Assembly: GCA_030141605.1 (NCBI GenBank)
Contig: JAQGDQ010000211.1
Span: 84,885-148,884 of the forward strand
DNA length: 64,000 nucleotides
Reading direction: 5' to 3'
DNA from: Tubiluchus corallicola
Lineage: Eukaryota; Animalia; Priapulida
Shown here: positions 1 to 13,000 of the stretch, piece by piece
How positions within the stretch are numbered: position 1 is the first letter of the stretch
How the letters are laid out: the number at the start of each line of letters is the position of its first letter
The notes under the pieces: model-generated
Told to the model about the DNA's origin: nothing
What the model saw: only the letters and a program-made list of their open reading frames with translations
Database searches by the model: none
Position numbers and translations under genes: made by a program

Positions 1-369
1 ATTATAGTTGTGGCGGGACTGAGACTTAGCTCATCAATAAGAATAATCCTTCAAGTCTAAGATGAGAGACACTGGAAAGTCTATTAGATTTTAATAGATT
101 TATTTTGCAATAAACATATACATTACATTACATGTGCACGATAATCAGTTTTTGTTAATACAAAAATATGATACAATTCATGAATACTGTGCTAGAGACC
201 TAAGAAGCTAGCTTATGGTAGGCCACTAGAATTAGTTACGAAAAAAATTACAATATATACAGATACAACATTACAATATATACAAATATAAATACGGGTG
301 GGAAGTAATAAAAATATTATTATACTATACAAATTTTTGAAAATGAAAAACAACAAATCATGATTGAGT

Positions 370-520
370 GATCAGTTATATGTTTCAAGCAAGTTTAATT
401 TATATTTTTTTTTAAATATGGAAAGCGAGTTGGCATTTTTAATAGCTGGAGCAATTGAATTCCATATGTAAGGGCCATTGTATTTAATAGAAAATTTTCT
501 AACATTAGTGTTGCGGATAT
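370..520 (-). mobile_element. CR1/L2-type LINE 3' fragment
   Basis: Minus frame RNTNVRKFSIKYNGPYIWNSIAPAIKNANSLSIFKK is a typical CR1/L2 C-terminus. Confidence 0.6.
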
Positions 521-593
521 GAGATATGCTTCAGTAAACAAGTTTATCACCTACAAATTCATAAGGCCCAACATACAGTTTCAATATGCTTAC

Positions 594-716
594 CCTGTCC
601 CACACACCTTTGAACAGAGATTCCGTGCATCGAGTCTACCTCCACCTGAGTGCGTTGGTCAACAGACTGGACAATGGGCTTCCCATCCTGAACACTCCAA
701 CATAGAGAAGCAACGG
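594..716 (-). CDS. Second, diverged copy of the TAF1C exon at 22600-22722 (partial paralog, alternative cassette or pseudoexon)
   Basis: 123 bp, same length and phase (1/1) as the 22600-22722 exon, with intact TAG acceptor and GTAAGC donor. Translates VASLCWSVQDGKPIVQSVDQRTQVEVDSMHGISVQRCVGQ versus VASLHWSVQDGKPSVQSSDQCAQVEIDSMHGISVQRCQGR. The flanking intron is also homologous (about 540-770 vs 22545-22770). Confidence 0.7.
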
Positions 717-778
717 CTAAAACAAGAAACGCTTTATTACCATTTAATTACATAATTCTTGTATAAGTCTACGCATGT

Positions 779-1404
779 TTAAACCAGAACCGGACTCAAT
801 CTTAAACTGTAGGTGAAAACAATCTACTCTTCACAATATTGAAAGGAAATATAGTATTTTTTTCAAAAACGACTTACATGAAAGAATTGTTACCAACCAA
901 AAAAACCAATTTGACGCTCACGGCATTAGTTCTTCCCTGTTACATGCATTTCACCATTCGCTAGTTAGACGGACACTAGCGCCTGCATTTCGGAAATGCA
1001 TTGCACAAAAAGCAGGTGCTGTACCTCTCAGTTCGGATGTGCTAGTTTGTGAGAGGTATAAACACATGTTCGATACCTTATGCATGAGCACAGGGGCAAA
1101 TCTGAAATTTTATTTTAAAACTTACCTAGTTTTAGTACAGCACATTGAATATCTTACAGTAGCGCTGTACTTCAATTTTCACTTTCACAAACACGTGTAA
1201 CACACTCGTGGAATATTTTTGACGTTGAAAATTATGTTAGTTTGTGATGTCATCAATGGTTGGGCTCGCCCGCCGTTAATTAAGATGTTAATTTGTTATT
1301 TAATTATTAGAAACGCTTTTGCAGTATTAATTGTGTTAAAACGTATACTTTTTACCTGACTTGAAAATGGAGTAGTATATGAAAAATCATCCTGTCTTCC
1401 TTTA
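779..1404. mobile_element. TTAA-flanked non-autonomous element (Kolobok-like) family D
   Basis: Copies at ~24417-25013, ~26611-27274 and, partial and reversed, ~60460-60660. All begin TTAAA(G/C)CA and end TCCTG..TTC(C/T)TTTAA. Confidence 0.6.
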
Positions 1405-3394
1405 AGAAAATGTAAAACAAAAATTGCAAAAATTCTAAGTCTTAAGTTGATTTGTTGACGAAATTAACTGTGTAAATCATGTTGATGATTAAAAACTAAG
1501 TCAAGTAGCTAAAAACAAGTGGAAAATGAACAAAAATAAATAATAACAAAAAGGAAAGACTTTCTTATATTATTTGTAATTAATAAATTAATTTACAGAT
1601 GATTAAATTGCAAATGCAAAATGGGAATTTGGGACAATGGGAAAGGCTCTGGCAACTCAATTATAACCACAGCAGGAACAGATGTCAGATTTCTTGGGCT
1701 GGCTCGAAGGTGAACCAGATTCTGCTGGTGGGTGCCTGGCAATATGGCACTGAGTGGCAGTTCGTGTATAGTTATTGTGGAACTGCAACACCCCCTATTT
1801 TCACTCGATATTATTGATAATATTCAATATAATAAGTCTTTTTTATTTAGTTCTTTCTTTATACTTGTACCGAACTAAAGCAGGTGAGGGTAGTACTGTT
1901 TGCTTCACAGCCCAGCACAGTGGTGTTTGGCTGTTGTGGGCATGCGGTCAAGTGCGTATGTCTGAACCCAGGTAGAGAAAGTACTGTCGCTCACACAGTT
2001 TGTTGTCAGTTGTCATGTGCTTACCAGGAATGGATCAAGCTCAAGCTGCGACAATTTAGGCTATTCATAAGCAAAAAATATTTTTTTAGTTTAGAATTTT
2101 ATCAATTTTATGTATAAACTTTCGTATGTTTGTTTGTTTAAAATTACAATTACAACATTAAAATTACATATGTTTGTTTCGTTTTATACAGTATTAAAAC
2201 ACTGGCTAAAAATTTTCTGAAGCAGCACCGCCAGTAATTTTAGCTACGAGCCACAACTGGATGGGTGACTGGCAATATGGCAAAAATGGAAAATAACATG
2301 TTACAATAAATTGCCATAATACAAGACGCTTTATCTGTGAAAAATAGCAGGTCTAGTGTAAAAGGACCAAAATGAACAGTTGTCATTGATCTTACATCAT
2401 ATATTTTTATGTGTGTACAGGTACTTATTTTTATTATTATTTTTCTTTATTATTATTTTACGTTTATTTCAGTACATAAAAAGTACCATAGAATAATGAA
2501 CAAAGCTTAGTTAAAAATCACAATTAAAAATATTACTACAAGACAAATCAAATAAAAAGGTTATTTCTTATCGTTCATATCTCTTATCAAAGTGTTAAGG
2601 GTTAGAGCAGTGAAGTGATCCATCGTAAAATAAACAAGGTTTAGACTTGAACTCTAAACCTACATCAGTGTATTTTTACCAGTGCAATATAAAATGATCG
2701 TCGAAGAGAACTGATACAAACGACTACAATAACAAGCAGTTAGACATTTGCAATTCAAAACTGGTTGTAAATAAATGTGTTTTCATGTAGCAAAAAGTAC
2801 CATAGAATAATGAACAAAGCATAGTTAAAAATGACAATGAAAAAATATTTCTGCAAGAGAAATAAAATAAATATTTACACAAGGAACAGAGAATTGGTAA
2901 GCAAATATGTAATAAAAGGGTTAGTAAGTGTATATTCCCAATGAGCAAATATATTCGAAGTTAAAATGATATCAGTAGTCTGAATAAAACCGCGCATGGC
3001 TTCATTGCTTGAATTTAAAACTTGCTGACGAAGGCTGAAGTGTTTTTGTGAGTTTTAAGTAAACAAGAGTTAACAATGTTGAACTGGGCTTTCAAATGTC
3101 AAGTCAGTAGCCAAGGACAAGAATAGTACATTTTAAACTTATTACTCCAATTTGAACAACGGGCAATGTACAGTTTTACGCAAGACAAATCAATTCTGAT
3201 CAAATAAAGAAACTATCTGATCAAAACAAGGCTACGACTCTTCAATGCATATGTAACTAACTAGTATTATAACATACAATAGTAAAATGTGAGGTTTAAT
3301 GTCTATCCATTGTTTGAACCATAGAGCAATTTCTAAGCCATGAGAACATTTATTTGAGCCAGGGAATCATTACCTAAACCATGGAACCATTGTT

Positions 3395-3895
3395 TAAAGG
3401 ACAAGAAAAGAGGCACCTGAAGTAGGTTTCAGAAAAAATCGCATTAAAACATTATACAACTTTACAGCAATTTTATGTACATATCTTACTCGTGTTGAAA
3501 GAATTTTCATTTGTTTTCATTTTAAATATTCCGCAATACTGTTCTGACGGCGCCATTACATGACGTCACTACGCCACGTAAATCAGGGGAAGAAAAGACA
3601 TGTTAAATCATGACCCAAAAAACTTTCCATGCAAATCTGTATTACTTAGAATTTCTCTTACCTGCTGGAAAGACTTACGTAACTAGATTATAATTTAAAA
3701 TGTTTATGCCAGTTGGTTAAATGTCGCTGACTCACATTTTTAATCTTATTGACAAGATACAGTAATTTAAAATTTTACTTAATTAGCAACATGTATGCTA
3801 TGAATGCTCTGATTATTTTTTCAAACTTTACTCAATGTTATCAAAAATTGGTTCAAACGACCTACCATTAAAATGGCCGCGCCTAACGGTCATCG
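3395..3895. mobile_element. TTAAAGG-starting dispersed repeat (Kolobok-like) family E
   Basis: TTAAAGGACAAGAAAAG.GGCACCTGAAGTAGG... shared with ~19784-20335. Confidence 0.55.
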
Positions 3896-4052
3896 CGGGA
3901 GTTTACACTACTAACGGTCGATATTAAACTACCAGCTGGGTATCCAGGTACAACTAATGCATAAATGGAAGCTGTCGAAAGGCCTGAATAAGCTCAAAGA
4001 AATACATAAACGTTCGACATATGACGACTTACCATCTGAAATATTTCAGTTG

Positions 4053-7000
4053 TTATAGAAACTGACTAAGGCTAAGAAACGTTGGTTCATCTTCAACTGC
4101 CTCCTCATCAGCAACAGGTTCGGACAAGTCGTTACTCGGTAAATCTTCTTTGAGAATTTTTCTCTTTTTCTGATACTGAAACATGAAAGATATCATGTAC
4201 GGCTGAATGAACCCAACAACATAATTATGTCTTTAGTGAACTTTCCTGAAGGAATATTTTCGGGATGAAGCCCTTTTCGATACAATCTGGTTAGGAAAGC
4301 ATGTGTGAGAAATAGGATTTATCCTGCAAGGCGAGATCAATGCTACTAAATAACAATAACAGAGTCAGTTACTGCATTGTTATCTGCACTGTCAAGAATT
4401 ACTATTTTCATTCACTCAATAATGCCCTTTTCACAATTGTGAAAAGGTCAAAGGTGAAGTGAACCAAACAACACATTTGTGTACGCTTGACAACGTCTCT
4501 CAGCCCATGCTGTTGTAACAGTAACAGTTTTAATAGCTAGCTAGAACCTTACCTAGTTCATTTTTTCTTGCTCTCAAGCAAGATCTTGCTAGTAAATAAC
4601 TCTAAGCACAGACTAATGCATAATAAAGTAAAGTCTATGCGAAACACCTGAAGTTATTGAACTGCGGCAGACGACTTTTCTTTACTCACATGTCACGTGA
4701 CGGTTGTAAGTTAAGTTGAGTTACTGTGATGCAGTTAACCTCTGACCTACAGCAACTGTGCGTGCGCACAACGAAACTGTGAAAGGACTTACTGATGCAC
4801 CTTCTGTGTACCCTGAGTAGCTGTGCAAATGAATTTTAAGTTTGGAAAATAATAATAATAGGTATTATAATTATAATTATAATAATTGGTACAGTGTTCC
4901 TCGCTACTTTGCGGTTCGTTTATCGCGGACTCGCTGTTTCGCGGGTTTTCAAAAATATTAATGCAAACTATTTATCGTGGTATTTTTGCTCTTTCGCGGG
5001 TTTTTGCAGTACTCCGTCTAAAGTGTTTTTGCACATGCATAGTACGTATTGTACAGTAATGTATAGATTTGATGAATTTTGCATAAAAAATCACAAAATG
5101 TATAAAAATATATTAAAAATATTAATTCTAACATCAAAAGAATATTATAAATAATAAAAATTACCATTTACGCTAAATAGTGCATTTATTCAGAGAATGA
5201 ATACACAGCAAAAACGAAATGTGTACTTGCGCCCGCTTGAGATGCGGGAAAGGGTTATGTATGAGAGTGTGGGGAGGGTTTATAAAGGCTTAAAATAATG
5301 CATAACTACTAAAATAAGTATAGCGTCCCTACTTCGCGGAAATTCACTTATCGCAGGTGTGCCTGGAACGGAACACCCGCGATAAGTGAGGGAACACTGT
5401 ATATTAAGTATGATTATAATTAGAACAATTCTCACTAGTTCTGAACGTTGTGAAGCAGTATTCCCGCATCTTGGACAAGCATCATCAGTTTCATCATTGA
5501 GTTCACCTGCTGCCTCTGCCTCTTCGCCATTACATATACTGCAATGTGTCAGAGGTGCTGGACAATTCATCATGCCTGAAATTCGAAATGCGAAACAGCT
5601 TTAGAATAAAAGTTTGCAAACGGGAAACAAGTCAACTCACGACAAAAATTTGCAACAAAATAGATCAAAATAAAACAGAAGAAACAGCGAAATTTACATA
5701 GAAAGCAACTAAATGTAAATAAAGATACTGCTAAGACTTAAGGTACGACTCCATGTATGCGTGATACTGTTGTGTTTTGTTTCTCTCGGAAGGCTCGTAG
5801 AGAAAACCAGAAAACACCTCGTCAAATTAAACTAGTTTATTATATGAGAAATTTCTTTGGCCATCTAATACCCCAAAATGTTTCCGGAATTTCGCTTTTG
5901 AAACGCATCGATTTCAGCTTTATAAGATCTATATGAAAAAATAAAAGAAGAACCTTGGACAAGAAAAATAAAAAGACGCTGTTTAAGATGGATTGAGCAT
6001 ATGCTTAGACTACCTAATGATAATCCAGTGAAGATAGCTCTTCAACAAGCCATAGAACCAGCTAAAAAAACTGCAGGAGGACAAATGTTAACATATTTAG
6101 ATTTTGCACAGAAAGATTTAAACACTTCAGCATTGATCCTTAGAAATAAATGCACTTGGGGCATTGCGGCATGCAGGGAGTCCTGGCATAGGGAGGTGAG
6201 CAGAATCATGTCCCTGGATGTATGATTCATTGGATGATGGATGATGATTATATGAGAATTCTACAACACACAAGTATGAAGGAACGCGAAATGTTTACAG
6301 TAAATGTGATAATCTGGAAACATGGAAGCGAGAAAGCATATCTGAGAATACGAGGATACAGGAGAATAAACTCCAGCGGCCAGCTCCGCCTTATGTATCA
6401 GTGCAAAGAAACAATCTAGAAATAGAAAGTTCTCGAAACTTCTACAAGGTAAGAAGATTGTTCTACTACACTATGGAATATTCCAGAATAAACTCCACAA
6501 CAGATACGTAATGCGTGATGTGATCCGTATTCATTCAAATGTAATCACTATCATCAGAATACGTGTCACGCAGTAATACGCAGACGGGAAACACCCGTTG
6601 CCTAGGTGATTATAGCGAGTTTTCAAGTTTCCGGTGACCATTTTTGCTGTTGAACTTTCTGAAAATTCTAGTTAGGTGAGTTTTGGTCACTTTAGGACCT
6701 ATGAACAATAATATTTTTTCTATTTGAGTTTTTGAGAGGTGGAAGAAGCATGTAGTTATTTGTTGCGCATCTAACTGCAGTTTTTTCACTAAATGATGAC
6801 ATGTACCGTATTGTTCTCTCCCCTGCAAAATGTCGTGCACCCCAAACCTATGCTCCCTTTTGAATTTTCTCGTCGAATAGTACAATAATAAGCTAATACC
6901 AAAGCTTTAATTATTTCAAATCGTGACCAAAAACGGCGGAAAGAGAGCCTTGAGCTTTTTTAATACGCAGTGTTTACAAACACATGGAAACAGTCACTAC

Positions 7001-10000
7001 ACATCATGTATTGATCACAGATTACACATTACATGCACATGATGTCCTAGCTTAATATTTACTAATGGCAGCTGCTGCTCAGTAAGCTAAGTGATGAAAA
7101 TTCCAGTAATTAACAAACGACAGAAAACTGCCTATGCATGCTGCTTTACAAGACTAAAACAACGTCGCGATATTACATAAACATAAAACTTTTAACCCGA
7201 AAATACATTTACCTGAAAATATTACGGATGTGTCGAACCGAACACATCGTCTTGATGCTTCATCAAGCTCTATTGGTGACGATGGTCTGACTGCGTCGTG
7301 CCAAAGTCGATATTCGTCAGCGACGGCAGCAGTAATGAGTGAATCTGCAAGAAAAGCAATTACAGTGTTTCCTCGCTACTTCGCGATTCGTTTATCGCGG
7401 ACTCGCTGTTTCGAGGGTTTTCAAAAATATTAACGAACTGTAGTACTTGCACCAGAATGAGATGATGATGATGAAGGTGATGATGATTATGATGTTGATG
7501 TTGATAAAGATGTTGATGATGACAATGGTGATGTTGATGATGATGTTGATGATGGTGATGATGATAATGATGATGTTGATGATGATGATGTTGATGATGA
7601 TGATGATGTTGATGATGATGATGAATGTTATAATACAACGTTATCTTTGTGACGTTTTAGATTTCTGTTAAATAAACATCCAATTCGAATTATGTAAATA
7701 ATACACAGGTAGTTGTCGACTTACGACCACAATCGGCTTCCGGCAGATTGGTCGTAAGATGAATCGAACCTGTATATTAAAGCGATACGCCTCTATGCAC
7801 AAGACGTTGTGTGTGTGTGTGTGTGTACGCACTGTAAGTATGGCAGCGCCTATGACGAATGTATCAAAACACAAAGCGATTTAAAGTCGACTTTTTTTAA
7901 AAAATGGAAAGAAATATGAGTTATAGCTGCTTTTTGCATAATTAATTGAACAGCGGTCAGGTGGTAAAGTCAAATAGTCGTAAGTCACACAGATCGTAAG
8001 CCAACAACTACCTGTTCTCATTTTATAAGTAATTTACTAGTAATTTATGATTAATTCATGAAGAATTTAGCTTTTTTCTTGAATCGAAATTGATAAACGG
8101 GCTACACCACGCATACTTTCTTTATTTACTGATATCACACTCATTTTCCTACCTAGCTGTCACACCTGGTTTTTCGTAAGCTAATCTAGCCATCGTGGTT
8201 ACAAATAGTTTAAAAAATCTCATAGCACAGACTTGCCCTTGTAGAAATGCCTTCACCAAATACATTGGGACTATGGCAGCAATTCACTGGATTTGGGTAA
8301 CCAAAATGGTCTTAATTTGCTCATTAGTTTACAGTAAGTCATCGCTTAACGATGCTAACATTTCAGCACTGCATAATACTAATTTAATAATCAGTTTGGG
8401 GTGGTTGATTTGATAACTAATGTTTTTCGCCACCCCTTCCCATTTGCTTTGCTTTTTTATTTATACCTATTTTTCTTTGTATTGTTATTGGGATGAAAAT
8501 AAATGATTTGATTTGATGAATGCGCTCCAGCAAAATGTGACATGTCGTTAAACGAAGACAAGACTTACACAGAAAGCAATGTAAAAGAACTGAGATACGT
8601 TCCACAAGAAAAAAAAAATCAATGCATCAATGTTGCTTAAATCATATAAATTAAACGTTTTATGAGTTTTATTCATACTGGCTAAGTTCTTTCTGTTTGC
8701 TTGAAACCACCTATCTTTCTTACCAATATCTTGCTAGACTTGCAAGTGGTTTCTCTTTCCTTAATGTTGAAGCTTTTATATAGGTGGTTAGGAGTTGAAC
8801 TCTGGGTAGCAAAAGTCAAGCGTGGAGCAATCTTGAGATAATTTCATGTAACCTGGTTGTCATAGCAACAAGTTCAATACAGGACAACATTCCTTTGCAT
8901 AAAATCTAAACTCCTGTGTCTGGATGCGTATAAATTAGCAAATAGATCTCGCTTAGTACAAACGGTTTGAATTTAGTACGTAGTCAGTCGGGAAGCAAAA
9001 ACATTATAATAATTGTACTGTGTAGGTTACTACCGTGTTTTTAGAAGAGAATAACGCAATATGTACCATTTTAATGCTTCAAATTAGGTAAAAATGTGGT
9101 TGATATAATAAAAGATGGCAACGAGCAAAGAAAAAATCGTCGTTAAAATGAAGCATATGTCATTGAGTGAAAAAATTCGTTGTTAAAGTGAAACGTGTCA
9201 TTGAGTGAAAAAATCGTTGTTAAAGTGAAGCATGTGTCATTGAGTGAAAAAAATCGTTGTTAAAGTGAAACATGTGTCATTGAGTGAAAAAATCGTTGTT
9301 AAAGTGAAACATGTGTCATTGAGTGAAAAAATCGTTGTTAAAGTGAAACATGTGTCATTGAGTGAAAAAAATCGTTGTTAAAGTGAAACATGTGTCGCTA
9401 GGTGAGAAAAAGGTGTCAAATGTTCAGCGTCATTAAAACAAAACGTCGCTAAATGGGGAGTTGTTGAACCAGGACTTACTGTAATATAAAATGTTTACAT
9501 TTGCTCAAAATTATAATACATATTTCCAGGACAATAGAAATTTCTAGATTTTGTAATGCAGAATTGAAATTAGGAACAGCTAGTAGTAACTGGCAGTATT
9601 GTGTCATGCATACCAGTTGGTGCAGTAAGCGTACAGGTCTTATCAGCAGAACTCTCGTTACTTGGAATGTACATTTGATACAAGATGTCAGCACTGTAGT
9701 TCATTTGCAGTGCAGCAAACCCCCGATCGGGATGACGAATCACAGCAGCACCTGAAAAAGATCAACTTTTAAGCAATAGTAATAACTAACTGAGAAAATG
9801 TTCAGGTTACTCGCTTGCGAAGTAACTCTACAAAGTGGTTCGTTTCGCCGCGATGCACGTCCCGTCCATGTGACGTGTTTTTGTATTATGACATCATCAC
9901 AATACAGTTACTCCATATTCTGAATTCAATAGCAACAATAAACAGCAAAAAAAGTCAAAAAAACAAGAGACAAAATGCTTCACATTCCAGGGGGGCATCC

Positions 10001-13000
10001 ACATATAACGATAACAAGTTTTCGGTCGATTTCGAGAACCTACTTACTTTGTGTTATGATGGCGTTATCATATGCCCTACCACCTGCCCACCCTTATATT
10101 GATTTTGATATCACACCGATGTAAGTTTTTGTACAGTTTATTCTTCCTCCTCCCAAGGACAGGCAACATCATCACATGTGTTAATTAACGAGAAACCATC
10201 AGTGGATTCTACTAGAGACGGAGAAAGGTGGAGATGATGGCTGCCCCAATTCAACGAACTCGTTCTCAGCGACCCATTCTGCAGATTCCTCCTCCTCACG
10301 GACGATTACAACCACCCATTTCTTGTCGTGCATCATTGCCAGTCAGATAACAATATCATTACTAAATCAGCTAATTACCTTGTGTTATAATGATGCTATC
10401 AAACATCCCCCACCATCTACCCATGCTAAACTTGATATTGTTATACGTAGATGATCTCGGATTAGTCTACACACTTTTGTGTACTGTGTATGTCAAATGT
10501 TACACATTAGCGAATGTGTGTATACTGTACTGGGTGTGCTATACAGTATTGTACACTGTACATCAGGGGTGTGCAAATTGCGGCCCGCCGAGAGAATTTG
10601 TGCGGCCCGCGAAAAGATTTGTCAACCTAATGAAAGTGCAGCCCGGGCGATTAATTGAGTGTATCCAGCTGAAGTCCATGCCACGATCCCAAAGATAGTG
10701 CGGGTAGTTTTTTCTACTAGATCGGATGCCATTAACCCTTACAAGACGGTGTTAGCTTAATGTCACTGTACTACACAGACTGTATGATACACATTACTAA
10801 TATGCATTGTAATGAAATTACCACTATCTGTCCTGAAAGTAGAAATATATGGTTTGTAATATAAATTTTAATAACTTCTAAAATAGTTTCTTGAGTGTAG
10901 TAGTAATGATGTACGCAGGTCGGATGCAAAAAAATCATTATTAGGCCTTTCTGTACTTGGCTCCTTAATCAAACTGTCTGTGGCCCGCAGGAATTGAAGG
11001 AAAGTTTAATGTGGCCCAGCTAGTCAGATAATTTGCACACCCCTGCTGTACATGGTGTGGAAATTTGAAAAAGGAGTTCATAGTCACAGAACAATTTCAT
11101 CCTTTTCATTGTATTTAACATATTAACGAATAATGCAAGATTTGAGCCATACCTAATCACCTTCATCTCCTACTTAAAAAAATCTGTATATTTGATATAG
11201 TTATACAAAACGATCATATAATCTGATTTTCACTACTTTCACTGGTTACTTGCATTACTTACAATACTTTTCTTATACTAACACTTACATTTTCTAGAAC
11301 GGTCAAAGTCTAGGAAATTCTTGAAAATCCTAAAGTGAAAGAAATTCTAGGAAACCAAATTTTCCTAAACAGGCACATTTTCTGGATTTTGTGGGATTGT
11401 AATGATGTCTGGTGACAAGGTGATTGGATTACCTCATTTCTCTCGAGCTAATGCAACCGCAAAAACTCTATAACATTTAGACATAATATAGGAAAACCGG
11501 GAAAACGTCCAGAAAAACAACGTTCCCTCAAAGTTGACTTATGGCGCGTTCAGACTAGAGAATTCTCTCGCAACTTTTCTCTGTGAACGACTTGGCAACT
11601 TCACTTGCAACTTTAGCGAGAGTTGCCGTGAGTTCATGGCACTCTGTGAGAGAAGCTGGCAAGCTGTTCACACTTGCGAGAGAACTCTTCAGCCTGAACA
11701 CGCGATAAGTCAACTTTGAGGCCATTATAGCCTTTCATCACGACAGATGCATTTGTCAAAAAGAAGCCCATGCCATCGTGTTGCAACGGTTTCTATTCTT
11801 TTAAGACAACTATGAATTTCCCGGTAGAAAAGATACCGCCTACTGTGTCTTTTCTACACAATATTCTGGCAATGACCAAAATGACTATTTTTGGAGGTTT
11901 TCCCCCATCTTTCCAAGAGAAACCCAAAAAATGTCTTAGCGGCATTTGGTCATGGCTTTGGAGGGACGTTTGTACCACTTTGGAAAGATGAGAAATTGGG
12001 CCACACGATGATATGGTGTCTTTTACACTTTTTGACACTGAGATATGGTGTTTTTTACACTTTTTGACGTGATGATATGGTGTCTTTTACACTTCTTGAC
12101 AGGATGATATGGTGTCTTTTACACTTCTTGACAGGATGATATGGTGTCTTTTACACTTCTTGACAGGATGATATGGTGTCTTTTACACTTTTTGACACGA
12201 TGATATGGTGTCTTTTACACTTCTTGACAGGATGATATGGTGTCTTTTACACTTCTTGACAGGATGATATGGTGTTTTTTACACTTCTTGACAGGATGAT
12301 ATGGTGTCTTTTACACTTCTTGACAGGATGATATGGTGTCTTTTACACTTTTTGACACGATGATATGGTGTCTTTTACACTTCTTGACAGGATGATATGG
12401 TGTCTTTTACACTTCTTGACAGGATGATACGGTGTCTTTTACACTTCTTGACAGGATGATACGGTGTCTTTTACACTTTTTGACACGATGATATGGTGTC
12501 TTTTACACTTCTTGACATGATGATATGGTGTCTTTTACACTTCTTGACAGGATGATATGGTGTCTTTTACACTTCTTGACACGATGATATGGTGTCTTTT
12601 ACACTTTTTGACACGATGATATGGTGTCTTTTACACTTTTTGACACGATGATATGGTGTCTTTTACACTTTTTGACACGATGATATGGTGTCTTTTACAC
12701 TTTTTGACACGATGATATGGTGTCTTTTACACTTTTTGACACGATGATATGGTGTCTTTTACACTTTTTGACACGATGATATGGTGTCTTTTACACTTTT
12801 TGACACGATGATATGGTGTCTTTTACACTTTTTGACACGATGATATGGTGTCTTTTACACTTCTTGACACGATGATATGGTGTTTTTACACTTCTTGACA
12901 GGATGATATGGTGTCTTTTACACTTCTTGACACGATGATATGGTGTCTTTTACACTTTTTGACAGATGATAGGTGTCTTTTACACTTCTTGACACGATGA

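Noticed and set aside
7360-7671. Poly-His and poly-Met ORFs
   Set aside because: Products of a (GAT)n microsatellite next to a MITE fragment.
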